From Lama guanicoe (lineage: Eukaryota): DNA of 64,000 bases. The notes beneath the pieces are model-generated. The model was not told where the DNA came from. It was given only the letters and a program-made list of their open reading frames with translations, and made no database searches. Where the stretch lies: positions 5,097,775 through 5,161,774 of the forward strand of contig MU053482.1 of the NCBI GenBank assembly GCA_013239625.1, read 5' to 3'. The position numbers and the translations under genes were made by a program. Within the stretch, counting starts at the first letter, position 1. Each line of letters starts with the position of its first letter. Below, in pieces: positions 11,298 to 22,350 of this stretch.

Positions 11298-14200
11298 GTA
11301 AGTTGGAAACTACCACAAACATCTTGTGCCCTTAAAGGTGTGGGAGCTAAGGCACGCTGGGGAGCTTGCTAGAAAGGCAGCTGAATGAGTACTGAGCGTG
11401 TCTGGGTGTGCTCTCTGCTGGGAGGCATGTGCGTGGGCTTTCTGATGACGTGGGCTTATCCCTGGCGTGTGTGCGAAGGGTGGGAGAGCGGTGCTTGCTT
11501 ATGGGACAGCCTTGTGTGGGGTGTGTGCCTGGGCTTCTCGTGCTTTTGTCAGGAGGCGGCCTGTGTGTGTATATTCGAGGGCGTGTGTAGTGGGAATCAG
11601 GAGGAAAGATGTGTCTGTGTGTGTCCCATAAGCTGTGTAGAATCACCGTTTTCTGGTTAAACAAACAATGCCCAGGTATTGATAAGGGGCAGCTATCTGT
11701 GCATGTGGGGGCTTGTGTACATGAGTGTTTGAGAGAGACCCCAACTGGCTGTGCCCATATGGAGGGCAATGCCGCTTTTCACCTACCCGGAGAGGCACAG
11801 TCGAGATCTCAAGTCGCCTTTTCCAGATTACTGGATGGAATTTCCATTCACACTGTCTCATTCTGCTCCTAACCCCATTAGACACTCAAATTCAATTTTA
11901 TTTTCCAACTTCGTGCCTGTTGAGAAAAAGGGCATCATTTTGTTGGCTTGTTTCTGTTCTTTCCCAAATAAACATGCTGCGAGGCGGAATGTCCCTTGTA
12001 GCAGCCCCCCGGTTACCCAGCGTTATCCAGGGTTCTTCTGGCAGCGATGCCGGCCCTCGGTGAGGAGGAGCCCGGAGGGTGGGGGGCTTTGCCTGGGCAG
12101 CCAGGCCAGTTTCCAGGACAAAAGGTCTTTGGGCTGAGTTCTCAGGGATCAGAAGTTAATGCGAGGGGAGGAAGACATCGGGGTGCTGCTCAGTTGTGCC
12201 CTAATGAAGTATTGCTTCCAGTGCCTTCTGGTTACTGAACTTGCTGAACATCAAGGGAGTATAATAGGACTATGACACCTTGGCCCTGCCTGCTAGGAGG
12301 AGCAGCAGAGAGGGCTGTCAGAAGCCCCTTGTCACTGCAGACGCGTGTGGTTCAGACACTAAGTGCAGCCAACCGGAAGGGACTAATTGGCCTCATTTAT
12401 TGGGCTCTCAACTGCGTCAAGCGCAGTGCTGAGCATTTTATAGATATGTGGCCAGCCCAGCGCATCCTGCTACAAGCATCTTCTTAGTGAATCCAAGCCA
12501 CCTCTATTGTGTTATTTGTATCAATCAATACAAGTGTGGATCCATTTAGTTATATATTTTTAAACTCTGATTCAGGACTTGCTGCAGGGGCGAGGAGCGG
12601 GGGAGACAGTGGTCACTGGGAGCCACGTCTCATGCCTTATTTTGAGCTCAGTTATGGGCCATCGGAAGGCTGCTGCTGGTTTAATTTCTCCTGGAGGCAG
12701 TTTTGTTAGCATGAGGGACAAAGGAGGACATGTTACAGAAAATGGCATCAATGCATGTCAGGTTTTATGGGGTATTTTGCCTTATCAAGTTAAACAGGCA
12801 CAGAAGCAGGACGCAGAATTGGCCATAAGACACTGACTGAACTGCAGGGAGAGCTCTTTAGGGAACAAACAATGGATGGAAGTGAACCAGGATGCTGTGT
12901 GAGGGGTCATTTAACCCAGATTTCTTTTCCATTCTGCATAAAAGCATTTAATTCTGTGTGTAGTCAAAGATGAAGTTTCATGTCTGTGAATGGCCTCACA
13001 AAACAAGGACACAGATTCCATTAGCCCATGTGAAAAGTTTACGTATGTTGGAGCTGAATTTGGAGAAAGTCCTGGTTTATCCTCACTGGATCCCTTTTAA
13101 ATGGTATTTTTATTTTTTCTCTTCCTTTTTTGCTTTGAGAGTCCATTCTTCTTAATCGAATCCAGATACACTCTTGGCCCTGATCCAGCTCTACCTTTCC
13201 TTCTGTCAAAGTATTTTGCAAGGACGCTCGTTTCTGTGGCTGTTGGGAATATGAAAAAAAAGTTCTGGAAGTTTGGGCAGGAGGGTCAAGAAAGCAGGTT
13301 TCAGCTGAAACACGAATGCTGGGAGGCTCCTTTTTGACATCTGAACCTTTGTGGAAGATGAATTTGCTCTGACAGCCTCTTGCCACGCCCAGACCATCCT
13401 CCAAGTGTCTGGTAACTGGTTGTGTAGGGACCTGATCAAATGCATCTCCTTCCTCCTCCTCATCAGAAGGTCGTCCTGACCCCAGCACTCCTTCCTCAGC
13501 TCCCACACCCACACAGTGAGGTTTCAACTCCAAAGCAGAGCTCAATTGACTAACAGCAGCCACCGTCCCTCCAAATGGCCTGCTGAACACACCTGTGCTC
13601 TCCTGACTCTGCTTTCTTCTCAGGCCATTCCTCCCACTGGAATGAGCTCTCCTCCGTGTCCAGCCAAATCCTAGGTGTCCTTTCAGTTCCAACTCCAGAA
13701 CCTGGAGGGTCTCCCTGACCGCCCCCTCCTCCAAGCTGGAAGCGCCTGTTCCCTTCCTGCACTCAGCACTTCCTGTCTGCAACGGGCGACGACCGTGTAA
13801 TTGACTATCCACGACATATTTGAGAGTGAAGGGCGGTCCAAGTTTAATAACCGAGCTGGGACATGAGGCATAACCCAGGAGGACTCTTTGGGGAAAACTG
13901 TTCTCGCATACCTGTTCATCTACCTCATTTTACTCTAAGTTCCTCAAGGTCAGAGAGTGTGTCATATGTCCCATGATGTTTGCTCTAAGTGCAGACCGGG
14001 GGCTTGTATATAGAAGGCACTGATCAATTAGAGAAGAAAGAGGATGAATTGATGGGAGGGGGTGGACGGATGATGGATGCGTGGGTGGATGTGTGGGTGG
14101 ACCTCCAGGGTGCTTACCCTTTTCTCAAAGAGTAAGCTGGCTACCCAAGGACTGTACTACTTACTTAAAAGCTCCCCTATTTAAACATTGAAAAAACACT

Positions 14201-14644
14201 CTCCCTCTGTTTAAACTATCCAAGTTGGCCTCAGTTCCTCCACCCCAGCCCCACAGTTAAATGTGTTTCTCCGCTTCCCTCTGTGGCCCCAGCTGGAGGG
14301 CAGACACACCCTGGCCTTCATTTCCATTTGGTTTACTGCGGATTTCTCCAGGAGGCAAAGAGTTTGCTTCCAGCAGAAATGTCTTCCAATAAAGAAAAGA
14401 TTCACCATCCAAGAAACAGCCAACTTGTTTGGAATAAACAGTAATTGCACTTAAGTACAAGTGGTACAGTCCAGTCCCAGGAAATCAGGGCCCTCGTTTC
14501 ACTCCTAGCAGTCTGTCCTCTCTGGGTTCATTTCTTAAACGCCGGCGACTTTCTCAACATCAGGACTGCTGATCAGTTTTTTGTACTTTTCTAAAGCATA
14601 TTTTTCTCTCCTCCTCCCAACCCTCTCCCCACCCCCGTTTTCAG

Positions 14645-14703
14645 AAACGAGAAGGAATCCTCCAGTCTCGGCAAATCCAAGAGGAAATAACTGGTAACAC
14701 AGA
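14645..14703 (+). CDS. PARVA: Alpha-parvin coding exon (probable exon 7, 59 nt): KREGILQSRQIQEEITGNT(E)
   Basis: Long pyrimidine tract + tcAG (14643-14644), donor GTATGT at 14704. Absent from the ORF track; translated manually. Confidence 0.96.
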
Positions 14704-16199
14704 GTATGTCAACACCATTGTTGCCAGCGATTCTGTAATGGAACACAGATGTTTCTCCAAAATTCATCCATTTGCTGATATTTAGTTTTCATTTATTGGG
14801 ATTGCAAGAGGGATTAGACTTCAGCCAATGATTATAGTTTAGCCTTTTCCGTGCATTCAAAACATGCTTCTCAATGCTCAAGGTACAAACTTGGGTGGGG
14901 AAGTGGGGAGAGGGAATTAGCAGCGATTGAAAAATTCTAATTTTGTGGCACTCCAGGAAAAGTGTGCCCAAAAAAGCCAACCAGCATGAAATCGTCATGC
15001 CATAAACAGGGGGTTGAATTTAAATTGTTAACCTTCAAAAGGACGTTTTTCTTCCTTTGCTGAATCTGATTTATGTGGTCACATGCCATGGCCTAGAAAG
15101 CCCCTCTCTACCTTAGGGTGGTGGATTGTTTGTTTTCCATTTACATTAAGAAATTGGAATATCAGAACGTGTAAGAGGTTTGTTATGGGAAAGGGGAGTC
15201 TTGTTCTGACACAGAAAGAGCAGGACGGTGTGCGTGGGTCTGAGATCCCTGGGCAGGCCTGAGCCCTGGCCGCCCGCAGAGTGGGGCAAAATTCATTTTT
15301 AGCATCTCCTGCTCCCTGACCTTTCCTCTATATTCCCCTGAACAAGAAGAGCAAAGTGGAAAGCGAAGGGACCTCTAAGCCAGCCTGGCTTGAGTTTAAA
15401 TCCAAGTTCCGCCGCTTACTTGAGAGTGAGTCTCCTCTCCTCTCTGACCTCGGTTTATTCATCTTTGAAGTGGGAGCATTTTCCTCAGTCACTAGGAAAA
15501 GTGCTCCTTCCCCAGCCGAGGCTGGTGGGATCCAGGTGCTGCCTGTCTGGACCACGCTGTGCATGTGCCTTAAAACAGCTCTGGGTCAGGCAGAGGTGTG
15601 GATACCCAGGTGATGGCCCGGCAGAGACCCCTGCACGTCACTCCAGGGGCCAGTCTTGGCAGCCAGGGGACAGCTGATCTACAAGGGCCTCGATTCTGTA
15701 AGGAGTTCGGGAGAGAAGTGCCCAGGCTCAGGCCTGTTGGGAGGAGAGTTCCCCTCCGTTCTGCCCCACACCTCGCCACCTCTATGCTGGGCTGATCTGC
15801 GCCTGCTGTTTCCCCTTCTGGAAAAGAGGAAGATGTACTGAGAGGAGTGGGACCTGTGAGAAACCCCCAAATCAGGGAACACAAAGTTACAGTTTGCAGA
15901 GCAATCTCTGCTGCCTGTAATGCTTTCTGTGGCCTCTCCCGGCCACCCTGCCCCACAGACAGAAACACGGAGGCAGGCTCCTAATAACAACACCACAATG
16001 TAGCTTTTGACTCCATTGATGTTCATAATAAACACAGGAAGCAATGATTAGACCTGAAACCTCACAGCCCAAAGGTGGAGGAGACTACCCTTGGTCTACT
16101 CAACTTGAACTCCAAGTTCAGCATTCTTCCCAGTACACTACTGACAAATCATAGCTTAACAGGTGATAGATGTACAGCTGGAATAAACCAACATAATAA

Positions 16200-16460
16200 G
16201 AACCAACATGTATTGAGAAAAAGTGTATTGGGCATTTAGTAGATACTGGGAATTATGCTAAAATCTCTTTACATATTAAATCATTTAATGCTTGCAACTC
16301 CCTATTGAGGCATTTACCATTATTATCCTCATTTTAAAGATAAGAGACCTGGAGCCCAGAGAGGTTTAGTAGATTGCTCAAGGTCACACAGCAAGCAAGT
16401 AAGCAATCTTAATCTGTGGAATTGAAACCAAAGTGGTCTGTCCCTAATGCTTGTGCTCTC
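16200..16460 (-). mobile_element. MIR SINE
   Basis: tattatcctcattttaaagataagagacctggagcccagagaggtttagtagattgctcaaggtcacacagc matches the reversed MIR core. Confidence 0.8.
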
Positions 16461-16942
16461 AGTACTTTGCTGCTTCACTGCTATGAGTGTGGTTCCAGCT
16501 CCTGCCTTTGAGAAAACCTATTCTGGGCCAATGGCAGGAGCAGTTTGGTGGGCACCACAGGGTGGACAGGAGAGAGCCTAACCTGGCCTCCCCAAGCAGA
16601 TGCCCTCCACAGCCTGGGCAGGGAAATGCCACACTGGGGTGGTACCTGAGCTCTGCTTCTAAAATGCTTAGGGATCTTGGTCTCTGATCCCTCAATACTC
16701 TTTCTCAACTGTAAACAATAATGTGAGTTTACTTAAGGCAAGAAATAGTCCTTTAAGCATCACTTATACCAGGGTTTGTGCAAACACCAGTGTATCTGTA
16801 TAGCAGGTGATAATGTGGTAAAGACCACCAGTAGCAGGAGATTTAGTGCAGAATAAAATGCCAAGGAGGGAAGGTTTGGGGGCTCTGCAACCAAGGGGGA
16901 TGAGAGAAAACTCACACTGTTTTCTTTCTCCTTTTCCTGTAG

Positions 16943-16962
16943 GGCTCTTTCCGGAAGGCATG
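16943..16962 (+). CDS. PARVA: Alpha-parvin 20-nt microexon (probable exon 8): (E)ALSGRH(E)
   Basis: tttctttctccttttcctgtAG|GGCTCTTTCCGGAAGGCATG|GTGAGT. Needed to join phase-2 exon end 14703 to phase-1 exon start 18240, giving GNTEALSGRHERDAF. Confidence 0.95.
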
Positions 16963-18239
16963 GTGAGTTGCATAAGGTTGTGCTCTGGTGCTGGTGGCTG
17001 CCATGGGGTCCAGTTAATCCTGTAGCAGCTGGGAAGAACAGGCACTCAGCTTGCTTTCTGCATGTGTGTCTGCACCAGCCTGGGGACAGGGCTGGCTGGT
17101 AGGGAGGGTCAGTGCACCAGTGGGAAGAGGAGAAGTGACCACAGCTGGCAGTTTTCTTACAAGTAACCAGACCACCGACATTTCTGGGCTTCTGGATGGG
17201 TCTTGGGCATCTGCAGGGAAGTCTTGCTCTAAGCAGACCATGGAAGTAAAGGAAGAGGTGTATTTATGTGCTCAGGACTGTCTCCTCTCCCCACTCTGTC
17301 CAGCCCTCCTAAAGCTGCCTCTTTCCTCTTCACACCTCCTGCCTCTCCTGTTCCCCAGAACTTTGCTTATAAAGTCTGTGAATGTCCAGATCACAGCCCC
17401 CCGTCCTGGCCATTTCAGATTTACCCATCGGTGCGAGAGTAGGAGAGGCAGCCCCAGCACCACAAGCCCTCATTCCCAGCCACAGGGCCCTCCACTAGTT
17501 CACCTCTCAAATCAGAGGAGCGGGGGAGCTGTGCAGGGAAAATCCCTGCAGGGGGCATGGCTTTGCTGTTTTCTCTAATCCTGTATTTACTGTGGATAAT
17601 ATTTTGAAATATTCTGATCACACAAATAACTCAGATCAGTAGATACTTCTGAGTTTACAGAGCACGTCCATTCTTGTCTTCCATCCTCAGAACCCACCTG
17701 GGGGAGGTTCATGTCTCAGTGGGCGTTTTATAGGAGAGGAAAGTGAGGCTGAAAGGGCTGAAGTGACTGGATCACTCAGGAAGGGGAGCTCCCCTTCCGT
17801 CTGGGGGCTCCCTGGCTCCCAATCCGCTTATCTGCTCTCTACCAGGAGGCCTGTCTTGGGCATCATGGTTTTGAAAATTAGGGGGTAAATTGACTGGATA
17901 TCTGGATGACATTCTGCTTTGAAAAAGCTTCAGGAACACTTTGGAACCTTGACTAAACCACGATATCAAGGAATACAAACAGTGAAGAGAAATGATCAAT
18001 TCTTGCTGGAGCCCCTGAACCCCAGCCCAGAAGAGGGCTGACACAGAGGGGAGAGAGAGAGAGACACACACACACCCCCCCCAAGAATCAACCCCAGCCC
18101 CAGTTTCCCAAGCTCCCAGCACAATCTCATACCCCACAGCATCCCCTTCTGGAGCTGACCACTGGCCTGTGAAAGCTCATGGCTGGGACCTGCAGTGGCA
18201 TCACCTCTAGGCTCGACTTCACCTTTTCCTCTTTTTCAG

Positions 18240-18301
18240 AACGTGACGCCTTTGACACCTTGTTCGACCATGCACCAGACAAGCTCAACGTGGTGAAAAA
18301 G
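18240..18301 (+). CDS. PARVA: Alpha-parvin coding exon (probable exon 9, 62 nt): (E)RDAFDTLFDHAPDKLNVVKK
   Basis: Acceptor ctttttcAG (18238-18239), donor GTGGGA at 18302. Confidence 0.97.
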
Positions 18302-18999
18302 GTGGGAAGCAGGTGCTTGGGAAGGGGGGAGGGGGGAGAGAGGGGAGGGAGATGTTGCAACCATTAGGAAAACCCACCCCTGCCGCTAGCAAGCCTCCCG
18401 AAACTGGTGTCCTCCTCAGATCTTTGCAGCTACGGGGCTTTCCTGCGGAATGTCCGTTTTTTCCTGTCTTGTTCTCACTGGATACCTCATTTAGTCTCTT
18501 TCTTCTCCAGTATCTCTTGGGGGTTCTGAGGCTATGAGCCCCCCGTCTTCCCACCCACACTGAACCCCCAGCCATCCCTGCTCCTCACGTAGACCTCTGT
18601 CTCCCTGGGCACAGGCACCTGGACCTAGGAGGGACTGGAAGGAGGACCAAAGGGGTCACTTCTTCTCTGGCCCCCTGCCCCTGGGCTGGGACATTCCACC
18701 TGTCATTCCGCCCTCTCAGCACTCCCTGCACCTTGTACAGTCCTGAGTATGGCCAGCTAAGTCATACGATGCATGGACCGCACCTTCTACGGGCCATCCT
18801 TTCCTGTCAACTCGAGGAGCTTTGCAGGAAAAGCCTCAAAGGCTGCTCAGCCTCGCTCAGCCCAGCCCAGTGATCCCAGGCCCTGCGCTCTTGGCTGGCC
18901 TCATCCCATGTGCTCACAGGGGAGTCACAGAGGCAGCCCCCTCGGTCCAGCACTGGCCAGAGTCCCCATCTCACTGCCTGGCTTGTGCTTTTCTTCTAG

Positions 19000-19068
19000 A
19001 CGCTCATCACTTTTGTGAACAAGCACCTGAATAAACTGAACCTGGAAGTCACGGAACTGGAAACCCAG
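19000..19068 (+). CDS. PARVA: Alpha-parvin coding exon (probable exon 10, 69 nt): TLITFVNKHLNKLNLEVTELETQ
   Basis: Acceptor ttcttctAG (18998-18999), donor GTGGGT at 19069; CH2 domain. Confidence 0.97.
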
Positions 19069-19447
19069 GTGGGTGACAGCGCAGGGTGCAGGGTACGGCC
19101 CCCCTCGCCAGCCACTGTTGCCAGTGCCCCAGCCCACACGGCCAGGAGGGCTTTCCACCCTGACCCTGGAGCTTTTACGGGGAGTACAGGAATCTTTTCT
19201 ACTCCGAGGGATGCATGGCATGACACTTCTCTGAATTTCTTCCAATTTTTTACTTTGAAAAGCTGCAAGAATATTATCATGGATCCCCACCCACACCAGT
19301 TAACTTTTGGCCACCTTTGGGGTTTTTCTCTACCCCTAAATACTGTATCATACATCCTCTTAAGAACAAGTACATTCTCTTAGATAATCACAACTCAGTA
19401 ATCAAACCCAGGCAGTTTTAACATCAGTACGATATGTTACTCTGTTG

Positions 19448-19507
19448 AGGTTGAGCCATGTGAGCTTGCTGGTATCTGACTGCTCTTGACAATGTCACAT
19501 GGTTCAA
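19448..19507. mobile_element. Mariner-derived MITE (MADE2-like), internally shortened
   Basis: Terminal inverted repeats TTGAGCCATGTGA (19451-19463) and TCACATGGTTCAA (19495-19507), 12/13 complementary. Resembles the MADE2 TIR AGGTTGAACCATATGAAATTGC as recalled. Confidence 0.65.
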
Positions 19508-20494
19508 AGAAACACAGCTGCCCTCGGATTCTCACCTGCTGCGTTCAGTTGTCATGTCTCTTTAGTCTCTTTCTAATAGAGAGCAGGTCCTCAGCCTCTC
19601 TGCCTAACATGGGCATTGTTGAAGAGCGTGGGCCCTATATTGGTACACTGTTTTTCTCCCTCATGATGGGCACTAGGAACAATACCACCTTGGCAATGCT
19701 GTGTTCTTCTCAGGCACTTCTGTCCATCAGTCCCATTCCTGGTGCTGGTAACTTTGATCGTTTGACTAAACTGGTGTCCACCCCATTCCCCTACTATAAG
19801 GCTCTCCCCCTTCGTAATGAATGACGCATCTTTATTGGGAGATACTTTGAGACTGTGTCATGTATCCTCTTTCCTAACCTCCAATTTCTGATGAACTTCT
19901 AAAGTGTGGTTTTCTTTTGAATGCATGGGCACCTCCTGTTCTTTTTACAGGCATTGCCTGGGTGTGTCTGGGCTCTGGAGTCAGCTTCATATACTCTTTG
20001 GAGATAGGGAACGCTCCGCAGAAGTGATGAGCACTTCCTCTTCAGTTTTCTGGGCAGGAAGTGCGTCTCTGCCGAGCACTGTCTGGGGGTTTTACCACCC
20101 AGTCATGGGGAGTAGTCCAGGTCAGGGGCACTCGGAGCTGTGAGTAACCCTGACCCTAATCCAAGGCCCTCCCCTGAGTTGATAAACTGTATCATTTCAT
20201 TCTCAGTCCATTCCAGCCACAGTCAGAATGGTCCCAGTTAACTAGTTCCGGGGAAGTGCCTTGATTTTGACACAGATACTGGTGTCTGCTTCCCATCGCC
20301 CACCCTGGGGTGGCCTAGGATGAATCATGCTCCGGCCCTACCCGCCTAAGTTGGAGACCAGTTGGATGGATGGTCTCTACTATCCTTGATGTGAGGGACT
20401 AGGCTCTAAGCCTCTTGCCATGGCCCTTGGCACACAGTTGTGCTTTGTCAGCAGAGCCGGGCAGCTGTGTTGTCCTCCCTGACACCAGCAGCAG

Positions 20495-20735
20495 TCATGA
20501 ATGTTTATTAAGTGCTCCCTATGTGCCACGCAGTGTTTTAGGCACTTGACACTTACTTAGTCCTCGTGATAGCCCTTTGAATTAGATTCTATACTCTTAT
20601 GCTTCTCACTTTACGGATGAGGAAAATGAAGTGCAGAGCAGCTCCGTGACTTGCTCAAGTCACGCAGCTAGTAGGCAGTGGAGCTGGCGGCCCAGCCCCG
20701 GAGCGCACATCCCTAACAGCTGCACTGCGCTGCCT
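20495..20735 (-). mobile_element. MIR SINE
   Basis: atgtttattaagtgctccctatgtgccacgcagtg...cactttacggatgaggaaaatgaagtgcagag...gacttgctcaagtcacgcagctagt. Confidence 0.8.
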
Positions 20736-21365
20736 CCCAGGCAGTAGTCAGCTGAGAAGGAGAGAGACTGCCCAGGCCTGCACGACACTAGAGTTCTTTC
20801 TCTGTTCATAAGGCAGAAGTCACCCTAGTGGCTGCATGCAGTTGGCCTTGGACATCCCCTTTCCCTCATCCCTCTGACCTCCCTAGTGAACTCCTGCTCA
20901 TCCCTCACCTCTCCATCCAGGCAGCGCCTCCTCCGGAAGCCTTCCCTGCTGCCTTCAGCGGGAGTGAGTGGCCGCTGTCAGTCTCATGCAAGCCCACGTG
21001 CTTCCTTCCATCAGAGCAGCTGCTGCATTTCTTCCACACCAGTGTCCCCACTGGACTGTGAGCTCCTCCAGGGCAGGGGCTACACTGACTCATCTCTGTG
21101 GTCCCTGTCCCAGATCAGGGCTTGGTACCCAGTTGGTGCCAAATAAATGCTGGACCAGCTGAGATCAGGACCTTAGGCTTATGGCTTCTGTGCTGAACTA
21201 GCCAGACAAGGGGCAGGCCTGCTACAGAGTGTCCCTCACCCCAGCAGCAGCCTGCCTGGGGCTACAGCCTTTGGAGGATTGACATGGAAGCTGACAAGCC
21301 CCCTTGGTGAGCTTGGGCTGAGGGGCTCAGGGACCCAGTGCCTTCACCTGGCTCTCCCCCTCCAG

Positions 21366-21467
21366 TTTGCAGATGGAGTGTACCTGGTGCTGCTCATGGG
21401 GCTCCTTGAGGGCTACTTCGTGCCCCTGCACAGCTTCTTCCTGACCCCGGACAGCTTTGAACAGAAG
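21366..21467 (+). CDS. PARVA: Alpha-parvin coding exon (probable exon 11, 102 nt): FADGVYLVLLMGLLEGYFVPLHSFFLTPDSFEQK
   Basis: Acceptor ctccAG (21364-21365), donor GTAAAG at 21468; CH-domain signature FADGVYL. Confidence 0.97.
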
Positions 21468-22277
21468 GTAAAGGGGAGGTGATGTCAGGGGAGGCCCCTA
21501 GCCCACACCTACACTGGGGCCATCTGGGGAAAAGGCAGTGGCTTCCTGTCTGCTCAGGGTCTTCTGTGGTTGGATAGGGGGGCCCACTAGGGATGAGCAG
21601 CTGAGCTGGGAAGCAGATACCCGTGCATCACCAAGCATCCTGAACAGCTTTCCCTCCCCTTCAGCCTGGCCCTGGTCCCCTAGCCGTAGGCTCCTGCTAG
21701 GGGCCACAGCTTAGCCTCTTCTCTCCCCAGAGGTGACAGGGAAGGTGGCTGCAAGGCTGGTCAGACCCGAGGGTGGGTGAGTGTCCTCTGTCTCACACAG
21801 GCCCACATGTTTCTCTTGATCAGAACAATTATGCTCAGAGGGTATGGCCAGAAGGTAGCCAAGTTCTGGTGCCTCTCATTGGCTGCCACAGCCACTGTCC
21901 GCTAGACAAGGGGCATTTGGTCTCAAGCAGAAATCCTTTTCTGCCTCTTGAACGTGTCTTGCCATCTGATACTCTCAACTGTGTGCACTTAGACCCCTGC
22001 AGTTACAGTCTTGGCAGTGACGCAGGAACACAGTAGGACAGGAAGAGGATTTTGAACTCCTCCAGGAGTGTTACTTCACCCACAGCAGGCTGGGCTGGCT
22101 GGCATTCCACGTGGCTGGCCCATTTTGGTAGCTTCACTTCTCCTTCCAGTAGTGGCCTCGTTTGAGCTCAGCCTCTGGCTACGGTGCTGGTCCCTTCACT
22201 TTCCTGGGCAGGTCTCAGGGAGCCGCGAGGGTCCGGGAATGAGTGCAGCACCTCACACACTGCATTTCTCTTTCCAG

Positions 22278-22350
22278 GTCTTGAACGTCTCCTTTGCCTT
22301 TGAGCTCATGCAAGATGGAGGATTGGAAAAGCCAAAACCACGGCCAGAAG
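22278..22350 (+). CDS. PARVA: Alpha-parvin coding exon (probable exon 12, 73 nt): VLNVSFAFELMQDGGLEKPKPRPE(D)
   Basis: Acceptor tttccAG (22276-22277), donor GTACTT at 22351. Confidence 0.97.

Noticed and set aside
13039..13812. 257-aa minus-strand ORF within a PARVA intron
   Set aside because: No recognisable domain or homologue, composition typical of random GC-rich sequence, and no supporting gene structure.
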